NCBI GenBank assembly: GCA_044228545.1 | Contig: JBGAUR010000002.1 | Location: 1-33,619 of the forward strand | Direction of reading: 5' to 3' | Origin: Minisyncoccia bacterium | GTDB taxonomy: Bacteria > Patescibacteriota > Minisyncoccia > Phycocordibacterales > UBA9973 | Length of the DNA stretch: 33,619 nt | In this document: in pieces, positions 5,973-15,444 of the stretch | How positions within the stretch are numbered: the first letter of the stretch is position 1 | How the letters are laid out: each line of letters starts with the position of its first letter | Translations under genes and position numbers: made by a program | The notes under the pieces: model-generated | What the model saw: the letters and a program-made list of their open reading frames with translations, nothing else | Database searches by the model: none | What the model was told of the DNA's origin: nothing

Positions 5973-6119
5973 CAAATACACCCAAATATCTTCATTTTAT
6001 AGTCTTTTTTGGGGCGAGCTTTAAAGCTTAAGCAGTAGCCAAATTCCTTAATTTCCTCCAACTTAAATATTGGGCGGATAAATATTGACTAATCTATTAA
6101 ATACTTTTCTAATAAAATT

Positions 6120-6177
6120 GGTTACCAGTGGATTACTAGTAATCCTGGTAACTACACGGTAATACACACGGTAATCA
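6120..6177. repeat. Near-perfect 32-bp palindrome plus tandem ACACGGTAAT repeats (GGTAATC/GATTACC motif cluster)
   Basis: The inner 16-bp palindrome GGATTACTAGTAATCC (6130-6145) is perfect. The outer arms 6121-6127 and 6146-6152 pair with a 2-nt bulge. ACACGGTAAT occurs at 6154-6163 and 6166-6175. Confidence 0.7.
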
Positions 6178-6301
6178 TTGCATTGCCTAACTTCAAAATA
6201 TATCACTACAGTTTAATGATTTCACAATGTCAATAAGATATTGTTTACTTATGTCAAAGTATGGACTACAGTATAGATACTTATTTCTTAATTTTTTCTA
6301 T

Positions 6302-6430
6302 ATGAAAAATAATAACGAATTAGACAAAGAACTTCGTCAAAGAGAAACAGTGCAGTCCGTTACAGAATGTTATAGCTGTGTTGTAGTTATTATTATAATT
6401 GGATTAGTTATTTTTGCTTTAACGCGTTAG
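6302..6430 (+). CDS. Possible small membrane protein (42 aa), the only plausible plus-strand gene
   Basis: MKNNNELDKELRQRETVQSVTECYSCVVVIIIIGLVIFALTR has a C-terminal hydrophobic helix. It lies in otherwise non-coding DNA. A possible plus-strand promoter, TTGACT-N17-TCTAAT, is at 6085-6113. Its 3' end overlaps the convergent gene 6408..8591 by 23 nt. Confidence 0.25.
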   Translation: MKNNNELDKELRQRETVQSVTECYSCVVVIIIIGLVIFALTR

Positions 6431-8591
6431 ATCGTTTCCTTTCCCTCTCTAATAATTTAAGCAAATTACTAGACCGATTATAACCTTGCAAATCTTCTAC
6501 TTTAACACCTTTCCCTGCGGCTTCCGCAAGTTTTAAAGGAACATCAAGTATTTTTTTAACCCCTCCAATATAAGGCAAATTTTCAATCAAATTCTTTTTG
6601 AAAATACCTCCCAAAGATTGTGAATTTAAAGCCATTGTTGATTGTTCTGCTATGTTTGCTGCATTGGCTATATTTCTCATGTTCAATTCTTCACCGATAC
6701 CAAACTCTTTTTGAATTATTTCAATAGCTTTGGCTGCCAATTCGTATTTTTTAGGAGCATTTCCTAATAAACGCCTCAATGCTTGCCCACCTGAATAAGC
6801 AACCTCACCATTTCCTAGATTTACTTTTGTAGCATTTTCAATCCGTTTCAATTGTTTTATAAGTTTTGCAAAATCTACTTTTTTAGAAATAAACTCATTA
6901 TCACCTTTTTTTACAGCTTCATCTATGATTTTTTTTGTTTTATTTAATAAAGTATTAGCTTCACTACTTCTAAATCCAGATTCTTTTAATAATCCTGTCA
7001 ATTCATTGATTTGACCAGTTCTAGCTTCTAAATCTCTAGCATTTATTTTTTTCTTTTTTAATATTTCAAAAACATCTTTAAATTTTGAAATTGCAGCACT
7101 ATTTTGAGCAATTCTACTATTACTAAAATCAAGTTCACCTTTTTCTCCAATTTTAACATTTAATTCATCTTTCAGAAACTTTTGAAACGTATTTTTTTGA
7201 TCTTGAACATTATCTAAAATAATATTTCCTAATCCTTTTCTTTGTTCACTAATAACCTTACCTTTATTTTTTATAACACCTTGAACATCAGAAATAAAAT
7301 TCTCTAATTTGCCACCCGCCAAATCAAAAGCATTTGGAGCTGCTGGATTTCTCAATTTCTCTTGAGATTTTTTTATCAATTCAGCAAGGAATCCTTTTTC
7401 ATTTGGGGTAAACTTTTTTATTAAATTTAAATCTGTAGTTGGGGTTCCTGCCTTAATTGTTTTTTTCTCTAATCTATTTAATTTTTGACTTTTTTCAAAA
7501 GAAGTTGTTGTAGTGGGCCCAGATTCTTGAAAATTTTTACTTGTACCTCCGAAAGCATTTTCTCCAAAAACCCAATTAGGATTTTTAGCCTGTTCATCGA
7601 CTTTACCAAGTACATCCATTATAGAAGATTTTGTGGGTTTAACTAATTCACTCTCTATTTTAGATAGAGACTTCATTTCTTTCCCTTTTTTAATACCATG
7701 AGCTAATAATCCGGCATTAGTAATATTCGCTATAAGCTCTTTATCTTTTTGGAATTGCTCACTATTCTTGTCAGCTCCTAACATCGGAGATATATCCTCA
7801 TATGCTTGTTTTGCTACTTCACCAGGTACACTGAATAGAGATCCAAGTCCCGCTTTTGCCTCATTAGGTACTGGCGCAATATTTAAAGCTGCTGAAAATG
7901 GTGAAGCTACTAATCCAACCCCCCCACCTATTAAACCACTAGCTTTATTTCTTATAGTTTCACCTTGTTTTTTAAATTGATCTTGTAAACTTTGTTTTTC
8001 TTCCTCCGATACATTTGGATCTGAAAGTTTAGCGGTTAGTAATGTCGGGCTTATAGAAGGTGTTTCATCTGGAGTAAATACATTTTTTACACCTTCACCA
8101 AAACCTTGTACTCCTTGTACTATTGGCCCTATAAGCGGATGATTAGTTGCTTCATAACCAATATCTGGCTTTCTAGCCCCTGTTAAAATATCTTTTTGAT
8201 AAGCATTCCATTCGCTACCAGATTTGTTTCTAGCCTCTAAATCAGATTGATAGTTTTCGCCAACTTTACCAAAAAGATTCCCAAGTCCAGGCAATTGTTT
8301 AGCTTCCTCTTTCTTTTTAGCGAGTTCATCTTGTTTATTTGGCAACTGAGACAAAGCTACGCTATTCATTGCTAAAGTAGCTTTACCAAGCGCATTTACA
8401 ATATTCCCAGGCGTGATAATATTAGATAATGTATTGCCTATAGATTTTTCTGGTTTTTTCGAATCAGCGGATCCTGTGGAATCAACTACTTGATAACCAT
8501 TATCAAGTAACCTTTGTATCGCCTCTTTTCGTTTTTCAGGAGGTATTCTATCAAGTTTAGCCTTTAAATCTGTTTTAGTAATTTGTGGCAT
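6408..8591 (-). CDS. Large Lys-rich, mostly helical virion protein (727 aa), candidate internal/ejection protein
   Basis: It is the last gene of the structural operon and follows the CHAP-domain protein. Composition is low-complexity, Lys/Glu/Asn/Gly-rich and helical. The function is inferred from position and composition only. Confidence 0.45.
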   Translation of the reverse strand: MPQITKTDLKAKLDRIPPEKRKEAIQRLLDNGYQVVDSTGSADSKKPEKSIGNTLSNIITPGNIVNALGKATLAMNSVALSQLPNKQDELAKKKEEAKQLPGLGNLFGKVGENYQSDLEARNKSGSEWNAYQKDILTGARKPDIGYEATNHPLIGPIVQGVQGFGEGVKNVFTPDETPSISPTLLTAKLSDPNVSEEEKQSLQDQFKKQGETIRNKASGLIGGGVGLVASPFSAALNIAPVPNEAKAGLGSLFSVPGEVAKQAYEDISPMLGADKNSEQFQKDKELIANITNAGLLAHGIKKGKEMKSLSKIESELVKPTKSSIMDVLGKVDEQAKNPNWVFGENAFGGTSKNFQESGPTTTTSFEKSQKLNRLEKKTIKAGTPTTDLNLIKKFTPNEKGFLAELIKKSQEKLRNPAAPNAFDLAGGKLENFISDVQGVIKNKGKVISEQRKGLGNIILDNVQDQKNTFQKFLKDELNVKIGEKGELDFSNSRIAQNSAAISKFKDVFEILKKKKINARDLEARTGQINELTGLLKESGFRSSEANTLLNKTKKIIDEAVKKGDNEFISKKVDFAKLIKQLKRIENATKVNLGNGEVAYSGGQALRRLLGNAPKKYELAAKAIEIIQKEFGIGEELNMRNIANAANIAEQSTMALNSQSLGGIFKKNLIENLPYIGGVKKILDVPLKLAEAAGKGVKVEDLQGYNRSSNLLKLLERERKRSNALKQK

Positions 8592-8593
8592 AA

Positions 8594-11347
8594 TTAGTTA
8601 TATAAATCAGCTAAAAGATCATCAGCAGGATCTTTGCTTGCAGAATCCCCATATAAATCATTTAATAAGGTGTCAGTATCGTCAGTGGTAGTATTTTGAG
8701 TCCCACCTCCAAATAAGCCTGAAAGATCAAAACCAAATAATCCTTTATTTGAATTCTCATTTTTATCACTAGGAACACTTCTCAAGATTCTGTCAGGATC
8801 TAATCCATAATCCATAGCATCCGCCCTTGTTTCTTCAACAACTTCATCAAATTTCATTTTTTGACTATCATAAATATCTTTTGCATTTGCTAAAAAGTCT
8901 GCCCTCTGTGTTTCTGATAAAAGAGTACCATCCTTAGCTTTATTGAAAGCATTTCTTATCTGATCTGGTACATTTGCAGCATTTTGAGCATTTGCATATT
9001 CGCCTTCCCGCACAGTAGAACCTGGATCAAGTATTTTCATGTATGCAAAGACTAGCGACATATCCCCTGCTGGAGTTTTACGAGAAGCAGATTTTTCTAT
9101 TTTATCATAAGCGTCTCTTACTTTATAAAATTCTTTAACATTTTGATTATCAAGAAAATCTTTACGCAATCCTCTTTCATTAGTGAATGTCTCTTGATCT
9201 ATTTTAGCTGTACCTTTAGATTTTACTTCACTAATATCTTTCCCCTCAATAACCACCTGTTTAATTATGTCATCCCCATAAGTATCTTTAAATGCTTTCT
9301 TTTCGTTTTCTGAAAGATTCTTAAATGCTTCTGGATTGCCTTTAAATTCACTTAAGCTTCTGCTAGCTTCACCGCCACCTTCAAATACACCCCCTTGTTG
9401 CATTTTTATAATATCTTCTGGTTTTGCATCTTTAATGAGTTCCTTAAAATATTCAGGGGAATTGATTCTTAAATTTTTAAGTTGTTCCATTACTGGATTA
9501 CCACCATCAGGAGTCTCATCTTTATGAGCCGGAATTTGAGCGGCTGGCTGTCCATCTTGATATTCTTTTTTTAAATGTCCTCTTAGTGCGCCATAAATAG
9601 TTCTACCTCCATCAGCGGTTAAATCTACAGTTCGATCATTATGCACTTTACCATCCAAATGCCAGTTACTTTCAGTCATTGTACCTATTTTATGGCCCCT
9701 AGCATCAACAGTAATCTTATTTATAAGCATAACATGTCCAACGTCCCCCTGATTTGTAAAAAGAATGTCTCCTACTTGCGGGTCATCTTTCCAAGCAGCA
9801 TATTGAATACCCTGGCTTTTTACTAAAGCTATTTTTTGAGCTTTATTTACTCCATAAGAAAAAGTATCATTTGTGAATTGAGTACGTACAAATGTTCCAC
9901 ATTGTCCACCTTTATAACCAGCAGGAAATTTTGTTGCTATTGTAGTGTTTACACCAACTGATGAGCCTAAAGTTGCTGCATCCAATGCAGTACCAGCACC
10001 ACTTAAAAGTGCTGATAAGGCACTTTCTTTAGCAATAGCATCTAAATTTGTGTAATTAATACGTTTTCCATCGCTTCCCATAACAGCATTACCTCTTGAG
10101 TCTACCAAATAACCGAATTGTTTACTAAGTCCCTCGTCATATTGGCCTACAAAGCGTTTAGGTGGTTCGCCTGGTCGTACTCCAATAGGATCACCAAACT
10201 TATTCGCGAAATATCCAAGTCCCTGAGACATTGATAAATCAACACTTTCTTTCTCTTTTTTCTCCTGTTCAAGCTGTTTTTTCTCATCAAATAAAGCTTT
10301 ATTGGCCTCACTTGTAGCTTGTGCCGTTGCATGATCGACCTCGTTTAATTTATTGAAATATTCCGTCATTGCATCACGGGCTTGTTTACGTTTATCATCA
10401 TCAGAAGCCAACATTTTAGCGTCAATTTCATCTAGTTGGTCGTTTAAATCTGATTTAAGCGTCAATGCTTGCGCTTTTCTATCAAGCTCAATAGTGCCAA
10501 GTTTATTGTAGTAATTACTAGAAATTTCCTGTGCTTTAAACGCAAACTGAGAGTCTCCTATAGCTGTTTGTGATTCCAAGTCGGAAACAGCTTGTGCGCC
10601 TTCTTGTTTGACTTGTACAAGCCGATAAATACCTTCAGAGGAGAACGAACCTCCAAGCTGTGCGCCCATAGCACGCCTAAACCCTAGCTCGTTATCGTCA
10701 GTCTGTTTTTGTAATTTGGCTTTGTTCTTAGCTTGATCTAAATCAAACTGTTTTTGAGCCTGAATATTATCAAAATTATTCTTCTGATACTCCTGTGCGG
10801 CTAAATCTCCTTGTACTTTCGCACTTTGGTCGTTTATTTGGAGTGATTCATTTACTAAATCCTCTTTACGTTTCTTGATGTCTTCATACATCGTGTCAGT
10901 CTCTTTTTTTGCATCAGCTATATCTTTTTGGACAAACTCATTTTGTTGACCAGCACGAACAGCATCATTTTGGTTAGCTTGAAACGTAGGCCCCATTATG
11001 GCCTTCATTTTGTCGATTTGTTCTTGAGTAATACCAGAGGCTAAAAGTTTTGTTTCATCTAATCCTCCCTGTATTGGTTGTTGGGGAGTAGTCGGCTGCT
11101 GTGGTTGGGTTGGAGTGGTTGTGGGTTGTACCTGAGTTGGTTGAACCGGCTGCGTAACAGGTTGTTGTTGATTTGTAACCTTGCCGATCTCTGTCCCTAC
11201 AGCTGTCGGTTTGGTTACATTTGAAGTTGTTGAAACTGGCACTGGTTTACCCTGAGCGCCCGCAAGTTGTTTTTGTAGGTTAGCTCTTTGCTTAGGATTT
11301 AAATTCGGGTCGTTTAATTTATTCTGTATATCTTTTAATAAAGCCAT
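8594..11347 (-). CDS. Large virion-associated protein (917 aa) with an internal CHAP/NlpC-P60-type peptidoglycan hydrolase domain
   Basis: GYKGGQCGTFVRTQF (catalytic Cys context) and GDVGHVMLI (His) are encoded at roughly 9600-9930. The N-terminal Q/P/T-rich linker is encoded at about 11075-11175. A long coiled-coil-like Q/K/D/E-rich region is present. Confidence 0.65.
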   Translation of the reverse strand: MALLKDIQNKLNDPNLNPKQRANLQKQLAGAQGKPVPVSTTSNVTKPTAVGTEIGKVTNQQQPVTQPVQPTQVQPTTTPTQPQQPTTPQQPIQGGLDETKLLASGITQEQIDKMKAIMGPTFQANQNDAVRAGQQNEFVQKDIADAKKETDTMYEDIKKRKEDLVNESLQINDQSAKVQGDLAAQEYQKNNFDNIQAQKQFDLDQAKNKAKLQKQTDDNELGFRRAMGAQLGGSFSSEGIYRLVQVKQEGAQAVSDLESQTAIGDSQFAFKAQEISSNYYNKLGTIELDRKAQALTLKSDLNDQLDEIDAKMLASDDDKRKQARDAMTEYFNKLNEVDHATAQATSEANKALFDEKKQLEQEKKEKESVDLSMSQGLGYFANKFGDPIGVRPGEPPKRFVGQYDEGLSKQFGYLVDSRGNAVMGSDGKRINYTNLDAIAKESALSALLSGAGTALDAATLGSSVGVNTTIATKFPAGYKGGQCGTFVRTQFTNDTFSYGVNKAQKIALVKSQGIQYAAWKDDPQVGDILFTNQGDVGHVMLINKITVDARGHKIGTMTESNWHLDGKVHNDRTVDLTADGGRTIYGALRGHLKKEYQDGQPAAQIPAHKDETPDGGNPVMEQLKNLRINSPEYFKELIKDAKPEDIIKMQQGGVFEGGGEASRSLSEFKGNPEAFKNLSENEKKAFKDTYGDDIIKQVVIEGKDISEVKSKGTAKIDQETFTNERGLRKDFLDNQNVKEFYKVRDAYDKIEKSASRKTPAGDMSLVFAYMKILDPGSTVREGEYANAQNAANVPDQIRNAFNKAKDGTLLSETQRADFLANAKDIYDSQKMKFDEVVEETRADAMDYGLDPDRILRSVPSDKNENSNKGLFGFDLSGLFGGGTQNTTTDDTDTLLNDLYGDSASKDPADDLLADLYN

Positions 11348-11350
11348 TTT

Positions 11351-11662
11351 TTAGAGTAAAAGTTTTAATGCGTTTTTAATATCGTCTAATGTTGCAGTCC
11401 CATCATTGAGTTTAATTTTGAGTTGCTCTTTAGCTACTTCCTCAGCTGACGGCTGTACAATAACCTCTTCAAAAGTTAACTCACCGTTTTCAAATACATT
11501 TTTAAAAGTGTTATCGGTTACTTTTGCCATAGCATCATCAGTAACTTGTATTTTTTCTGATACAACACCGCCGGAATTATCGTCAATTATTATTGATTCT
11601 ACAAAAGGATGTGTACAAGTACTCACTCCTGCTTCTGTATTGATAATAAATAAATCGTTCAT
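11351..11662 (-). CDS. Acidic small virion-module protein (103 aa)
   Basis: ORF track entry, lying between the fibre gene and the 917-aa gene. Confidence 0.6.
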   Translation of the reverse strand: MNDLFIINTEAGVSTCTHPFVESIIIDDNSGGVVSEKIQVTDDAMAKVTDNTFKNVFENGELTFEEVIVQPSAEEVAKEQLKIKLNDGTATLDDIKNALKLLL

Positions 11663-11670
11663 ATAAAAAA

Positions 11671-13665
11671 TTAACCAAATATCAAAAGACGTACAGTTCC
11701 ACCAGGAGCGTTGGCAATATCATCATTCATTTCACGGCGTATTGTTATTGTATCGCCTCCAACTGACTGCACAAATAAACGAGTATAATCCGATACTGCA
11801 CCTGCTGCGGAAGCTCCATAAGCTAAATATCCATCATTTGCAACAGTGTTAGATCCGCTTGAACCTCCTGAAATACCAAATCCATAACTTGTACCGACCG
11901 CAATACCATGGCTCCAAAATCCGACACTATACCATGAGCCTATTGAAGCAATAGCTATTACAGATCTCGGTCTAAATCCTATTGAAATTTCAGTGTCTAC
12001 GGTTACATCCGAAGCACTAGAAGACCATGTATATGTAGCGTATAAAGACGGGCTCCCTACCATACCTATCATTTTGGATGCCGAAATAGCTCGCCCTACC
12101 CTTTGAAAATATGTACCTGGTACTAATGACATTGTTCCTACGGTATCGGTAAGATAAATATCCGAACCAGCGACAGCATTATAATAAACTGTAAAATACA
12201 TATCATGGGTTGAACTTGCAGCCCATGAACTACCACCATCAGTTGAACTTCCTCTATTGCCAGTAGCGTACACGTCAGTATTTTGATAAGCCCATGTGTA
12301 ATGATTCCCAGCGTCAGCAGAAGCATTAAATAATCCAATTGCATATTTAGTACCTGGCGTAACAGTAAGTCCAAATCCAGTAAATCTATTTAATCCTGTA
12401 GCCATTGCAGAAGTTGCAAGTGTAGCAGTTGCTAGTGCTGCACCTGTTGGAAGTCCACTACCATCAGTTGCATAAATCGCACATGAATATGAACCTGTAG
12501 GTGAACCTACTTTTGTTAAACTTAAGTCAATTTGATCGACCCTAGTTTGACCTGTTGTAGGAGTAAAACTTTGTGAAGAACGATTAACATCATAAACTGC
12601 AACCGATGTATTTGAAGTTGTATTACTTTGCCCTGTCCATAAACGTCCGTTAGTAGCTGTCATTCCTGAAATAGGAATACTTGACCCTAATGTGCTTATT
12701 TTTTTGCTTGCGGCCGCACTTCCACTTTCTTGCGCTACACCAATAAGTGTAAAACAATCATTTAAAACATCACTTTGAGCTTTCCAAACCATACCATCGC
12801 CATGTATTGCGATTGATTGGCCTGCTGTTACATTTTCACCTAAAGTCAATGATTCCGTAAACCCACCACTTAAACTAGCCGAACTAAAATCCCACGTTCC
12901 TGTAAGTGTATAGTTTCCTGTTTGATCAAATGAAAGACCGTTTGAATCTCTTACTATTCCACCACTCGATTTTACTTTTACTTGAACTTTACCGGCTGAA
13001 ATTTCCAAACCTGAATCTGTAGCTAGATCAAGATCAATTTGCAAACCTTCATTGCCCGCTGGACTTGTAACAGTCGCTACTAAGCCATCATTAAAATTCA
13101 ATTTTGAGTTTGCGTACCCTTCAGTAGTATCTGAAGAGGTTATTTTAATTTTATCATTCGATCCTGAAAGACTAGCTAATTGACTTAAAGTGCGTTCGGC
13201 TTGTGCTGTACTTTTAAAAACAAGATCTGTTCCATTATCGTAAATATATGAATCAGAATCGTTTAAATAAAGTTTGTTAGTGCCTGAAATAGTTTGTGCT
13301 GCGCTAAACGTGTTTGCGCGGTCTGTATTGGCTTTTAAATTATAAAGCGCATGATAATTCGTAAGTTTTACCACACACGCACCACCTGAATGCTGTGAAC
13401 CTGTGCCACTACCGCTAAAAGTATTTGCCGTTAAACTTAAATCCCTTGTAACATCCGAAAGAGTAGTAACTCCACTAGATACCGAAGCACCACCAAACGA
13501 AATAAACTCTTCTCTGTCAGTTCCCTCATCAAATAAAAGAACACCTGACGTTATTGTGAGTGCATAATTCAATTTTATTCCCGTAGTAGTGGTAGGTGAA
13601 ATCGTCTCTTTAAGAGTTGTTTTAACGCCTGATTCTACGTTGTATGATGTGGATAGGACGGCCAT
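11671..13665 (-). CDS. Tail fibre / tailspike-like protein (664 aa)
   Basis: Ser/Thr/Gly-rich, beta-type composition. It sits in the tail module and is of typical fibre size. No enzymatic motif recognised. Confidence 0.55.
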   Translation of the reverse strand: MAVLSTSYNVESGVKTTLKETISPTTTTGIKLNYALTITSGVLLFDEGTDREEFISFGGASVSSGVTTLSDVTRDLSLTANTFSGSGTGSQHSGGACVVKLTNYHALYNLKANTDRANTFSAAQTISGTNKLYLNDSDSYIYDNGTDLVFKSTAQAERTLSQLASLSGSNDKIKITSSDTTEGYANSKLNFNDGLVATVTSPAGNEGLQIDLDLATDSGLEISAGKVQVKVKSSGGIVRDSNGLSFDQTGNYTLTGTWDFSSASLSGGFTESLTLGENVTAGQSIAIHGDGMVWKAQSDVLNDCFTLIGVAQESGSAAASKKISTLGSSIPISGMTATNGRLWTGQSNTTSNTSVAVYDVNRSSQSFTPTTGQTRVDQIDLSLTKVGSPTGSYSCAIYATDGSGLPTGAALATATLATSAMATGLNRFTGFGLTVTPGTKYAIGLFNASADAGNHYTWAYQNTDVYATGNRGSSTDGGSSWAASSTHDMYFTVYYNAVAGSDIYLTDTVGTMSLVPGTYFQRVGRAISASKMIGMVGSPSLYATYTWSSSASDVTVDTEISIGFRPRSVIAIASIGSWYSVGFWSHGIAVGTSYGFGISGGSSGSNTVANDGYLAYGASAAGAVSDYTRLFVQSVGGDTITIRREMNDDIANAPGGTVRLLIFG

Positions 13666-13681
13666 GGGTATATAATAAGAA

Positions 13682-15442
13682 TTAGCTTCTTAATTTACGA
13701 TCAAATTTTTTACTATAAAGACCGTTTAATTCCTGGCCTTTTATTTCAAAAACTTGCCCTGTACCGTCGGAGATAAACTCCACGGTCATTTTACTTGTAT
13801 CTCTACGCTTTTTCAAGAGCTTTTCTATCTCAAAAGGGTATCCAAGCGTTGCACTCTCTTCACTTGTTGCAATCCCCCCTCCAATTAATACCCTTCCAAT
13901 AGGTGTACCACCCGAAACACTTACTAGATCATCAGTAAGCGTATAAGTTTGGATAAGCACATCATCAAAATAAATATTTACTGTAATTTCGGTACCTTCA
14001 CCTAAAAGACCTCTCAAATATTGATACTGAAAATATTTTGATATTCGTGAAGTACCAGCGTTAAAATCCGCTAGTTTAACTTCTGAACGTATACCAATAC
14101 CATTGTCATCGTAACCAACCTCATCCTGGAATATTTTAGCTTCACTATCAGAACCCCAAAACGTCTCACCTTTGAAAAATACCGCACATGAAGCGTTCTT
14201 GTTAGTATCACGGCTCCAAGGTTGCTCTTGAATATTTGTATCCAGAACTCTGCATGTTCGTACACCTCCCAAATTACACCATAATTTTAAAAGCTTCTGA
14301 TCTGGATTGTAATGAAGTACAGCATCACTTTGATCTTCGTCAAGTTCTGCAAACCATTTAAAAATTTTGTCATCAAATCCAGCATTAATTGAAGGAGCAA
14401 TATTAGCTAAATTCTCTTGTTCACCTACTTGCTTAATAGCTCTACCCGTAAAAACAACTACTTGATCTCCAACTTGAGTAAACGCTCTCGGCCCTGCTGC
14501 TCCATAAATCTCTGTAAGTGGTTCTAATATAGGTATATTTGAACTATTGAACCCCGAACAATATAATATACTTTTACTTTTAAAAATAAGTAAATATGTT
14601 TTAGTCTTTAAAAGGCCTACTATATCTGATTTATCACCCGCCGGAATAATACCACTGCCAGAACCTGTAAAATCATAAAACTTTTCAGGATTTAAGCCAG
14701 TAGCACCTACCGTCCAAAAAAGAGTATTCTTACTAAAAGTTTTAGTTGATTCTCCTGAATTACCAGCAGCAAACCATGTGTTTTGAAATTCAGCACCAAA
14801 CGCTACTTTATAAGCTCCTGAAATTGTTTTTACTTCGTATATTAAAGACCCTATAGGATGTGAATAGCTCACAGTACCAGCTGTTACTGTTAAAGTGTCG
14901 TTTGTGCGTGCGCTATAAGTAATATCATCATATCCTAAAGATGAAATTACTCTTACAGTTCCACTTGTACCAAATCTAAAACCCTGGCCGGTCTTTACAT
15001 CAAGCGAAGCTGATACTCCAGCCGATAAAGCCGTTGCCGTTACTGTCCTCATCATTCGTAGTGGCACATCAACACCATTCATTACATAAATATCGCCCAT
15101 ATACTCCAAAAACTCTACCGTTGCCGAAGTATCAAGTCCTGAATAAAGCTCAAACGAATCACTAAAATCTGAATTGGTAACAAATATTTTCCCATTGATT
15201 GCTATATAAACTTCATTATCAGAGAACGCAAACATACCTTGCGGGCCGTTACTTCCAACGCCTGTAAAATTAGTCATTATTTTCTCTTCAAAACCTGGAC
15301 GATTAGTGAACCCACCACCTAGCCGATACCGTACATTAACAGCTTTCTGAAGCTCATTAGGTTTCATTAAGATTGGTTCAATGGAGTATACTTCACCTCC
15401 ATTAAAGTTTTCTGAAATAATAGGCTCAAAAGGTTGTGGCAT
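13682..15442 (-). CDS. Virion structural protein (586 aa), candidate tail hub/nozzle
   Basis: Large beta-rich ORF between the adaptor-position gene and the fibre gene. The call is positional only. Confidence 0.4.
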   Translation of the reverse strand: MPQPFEPIISENFNGGEVYSIEPILMKPNELQKAVNVRYRLGGGFTNRPGFEEKIMTNFTGVGSNGPQGMFAFSDNEVYIAINGKIFVTNSDFSDSFELYSGLDTSATVEFLEYMGDIYVMNGVDVPLRMMRTVTATALSAGVSASLDVKTGQGFRFGTSGTVRVISSLGYDDITYSARTNDTLTVTAGTVSYSHPIGSLIYEVKTISGAYKVAFGAEFQNTWFAAGNSGESTKTFSKNTLFWTVGATGLNPEKFYDFTGSGSGIIPAGDKSDIVGLLKTKTYLLIFKSKSILYCSGFNSSNIPILEPLTEIYGAAGPRAFTQVGDQVVVFTGRAIKQVGEQENLANIAPSINAGFDDKIFKWFAELDEDQSDAVLHYNPDQKLLKLWCNLGGVRTCRVLDTNIQEQPWSRDTNKNASCAVFFKGETFWGSDSEAKIFQDEVGYDDNGIGIRSEVKLADFNAGTSRISKYFQYQYLRGLLGEGTEITVNIYFDDVLIQTYTLTDDLVSVSGGTPIGRVLIGGGIATSEESATLGYPFEIEKLLKKRRDTSKMTVEFISDGTGQVFEIKGQELNGLYSKKFDRKLRS

Positions 15443-15444
15443 AA

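Noticed and set aside
6073-6081. DnaA-box-like sequence TTATCCGCC (minus strand) flanked by AATATT repeats
   Set aside because: It is a single copy with two mismatches to TTATCCACA, which is too weak on its own to call a DnaA-dependent origin.
5934-6177. CRISPR-like array, considered because of the short phased repeats
   Set aside because: The repeats are 7-10 bp at 11-12-bp spacing, with no 25-40-bp spacers and no cas genes. This does not match CRISPR architecture.
5690-6407. attP/integration module or invertible (Hin/Gin-type) switch in the repeat-bracketed island
   Set aside because: No integrase, recombinase or invertase gene is recognisable anywhere in the window, so this remains only one speculative option within the island finding.
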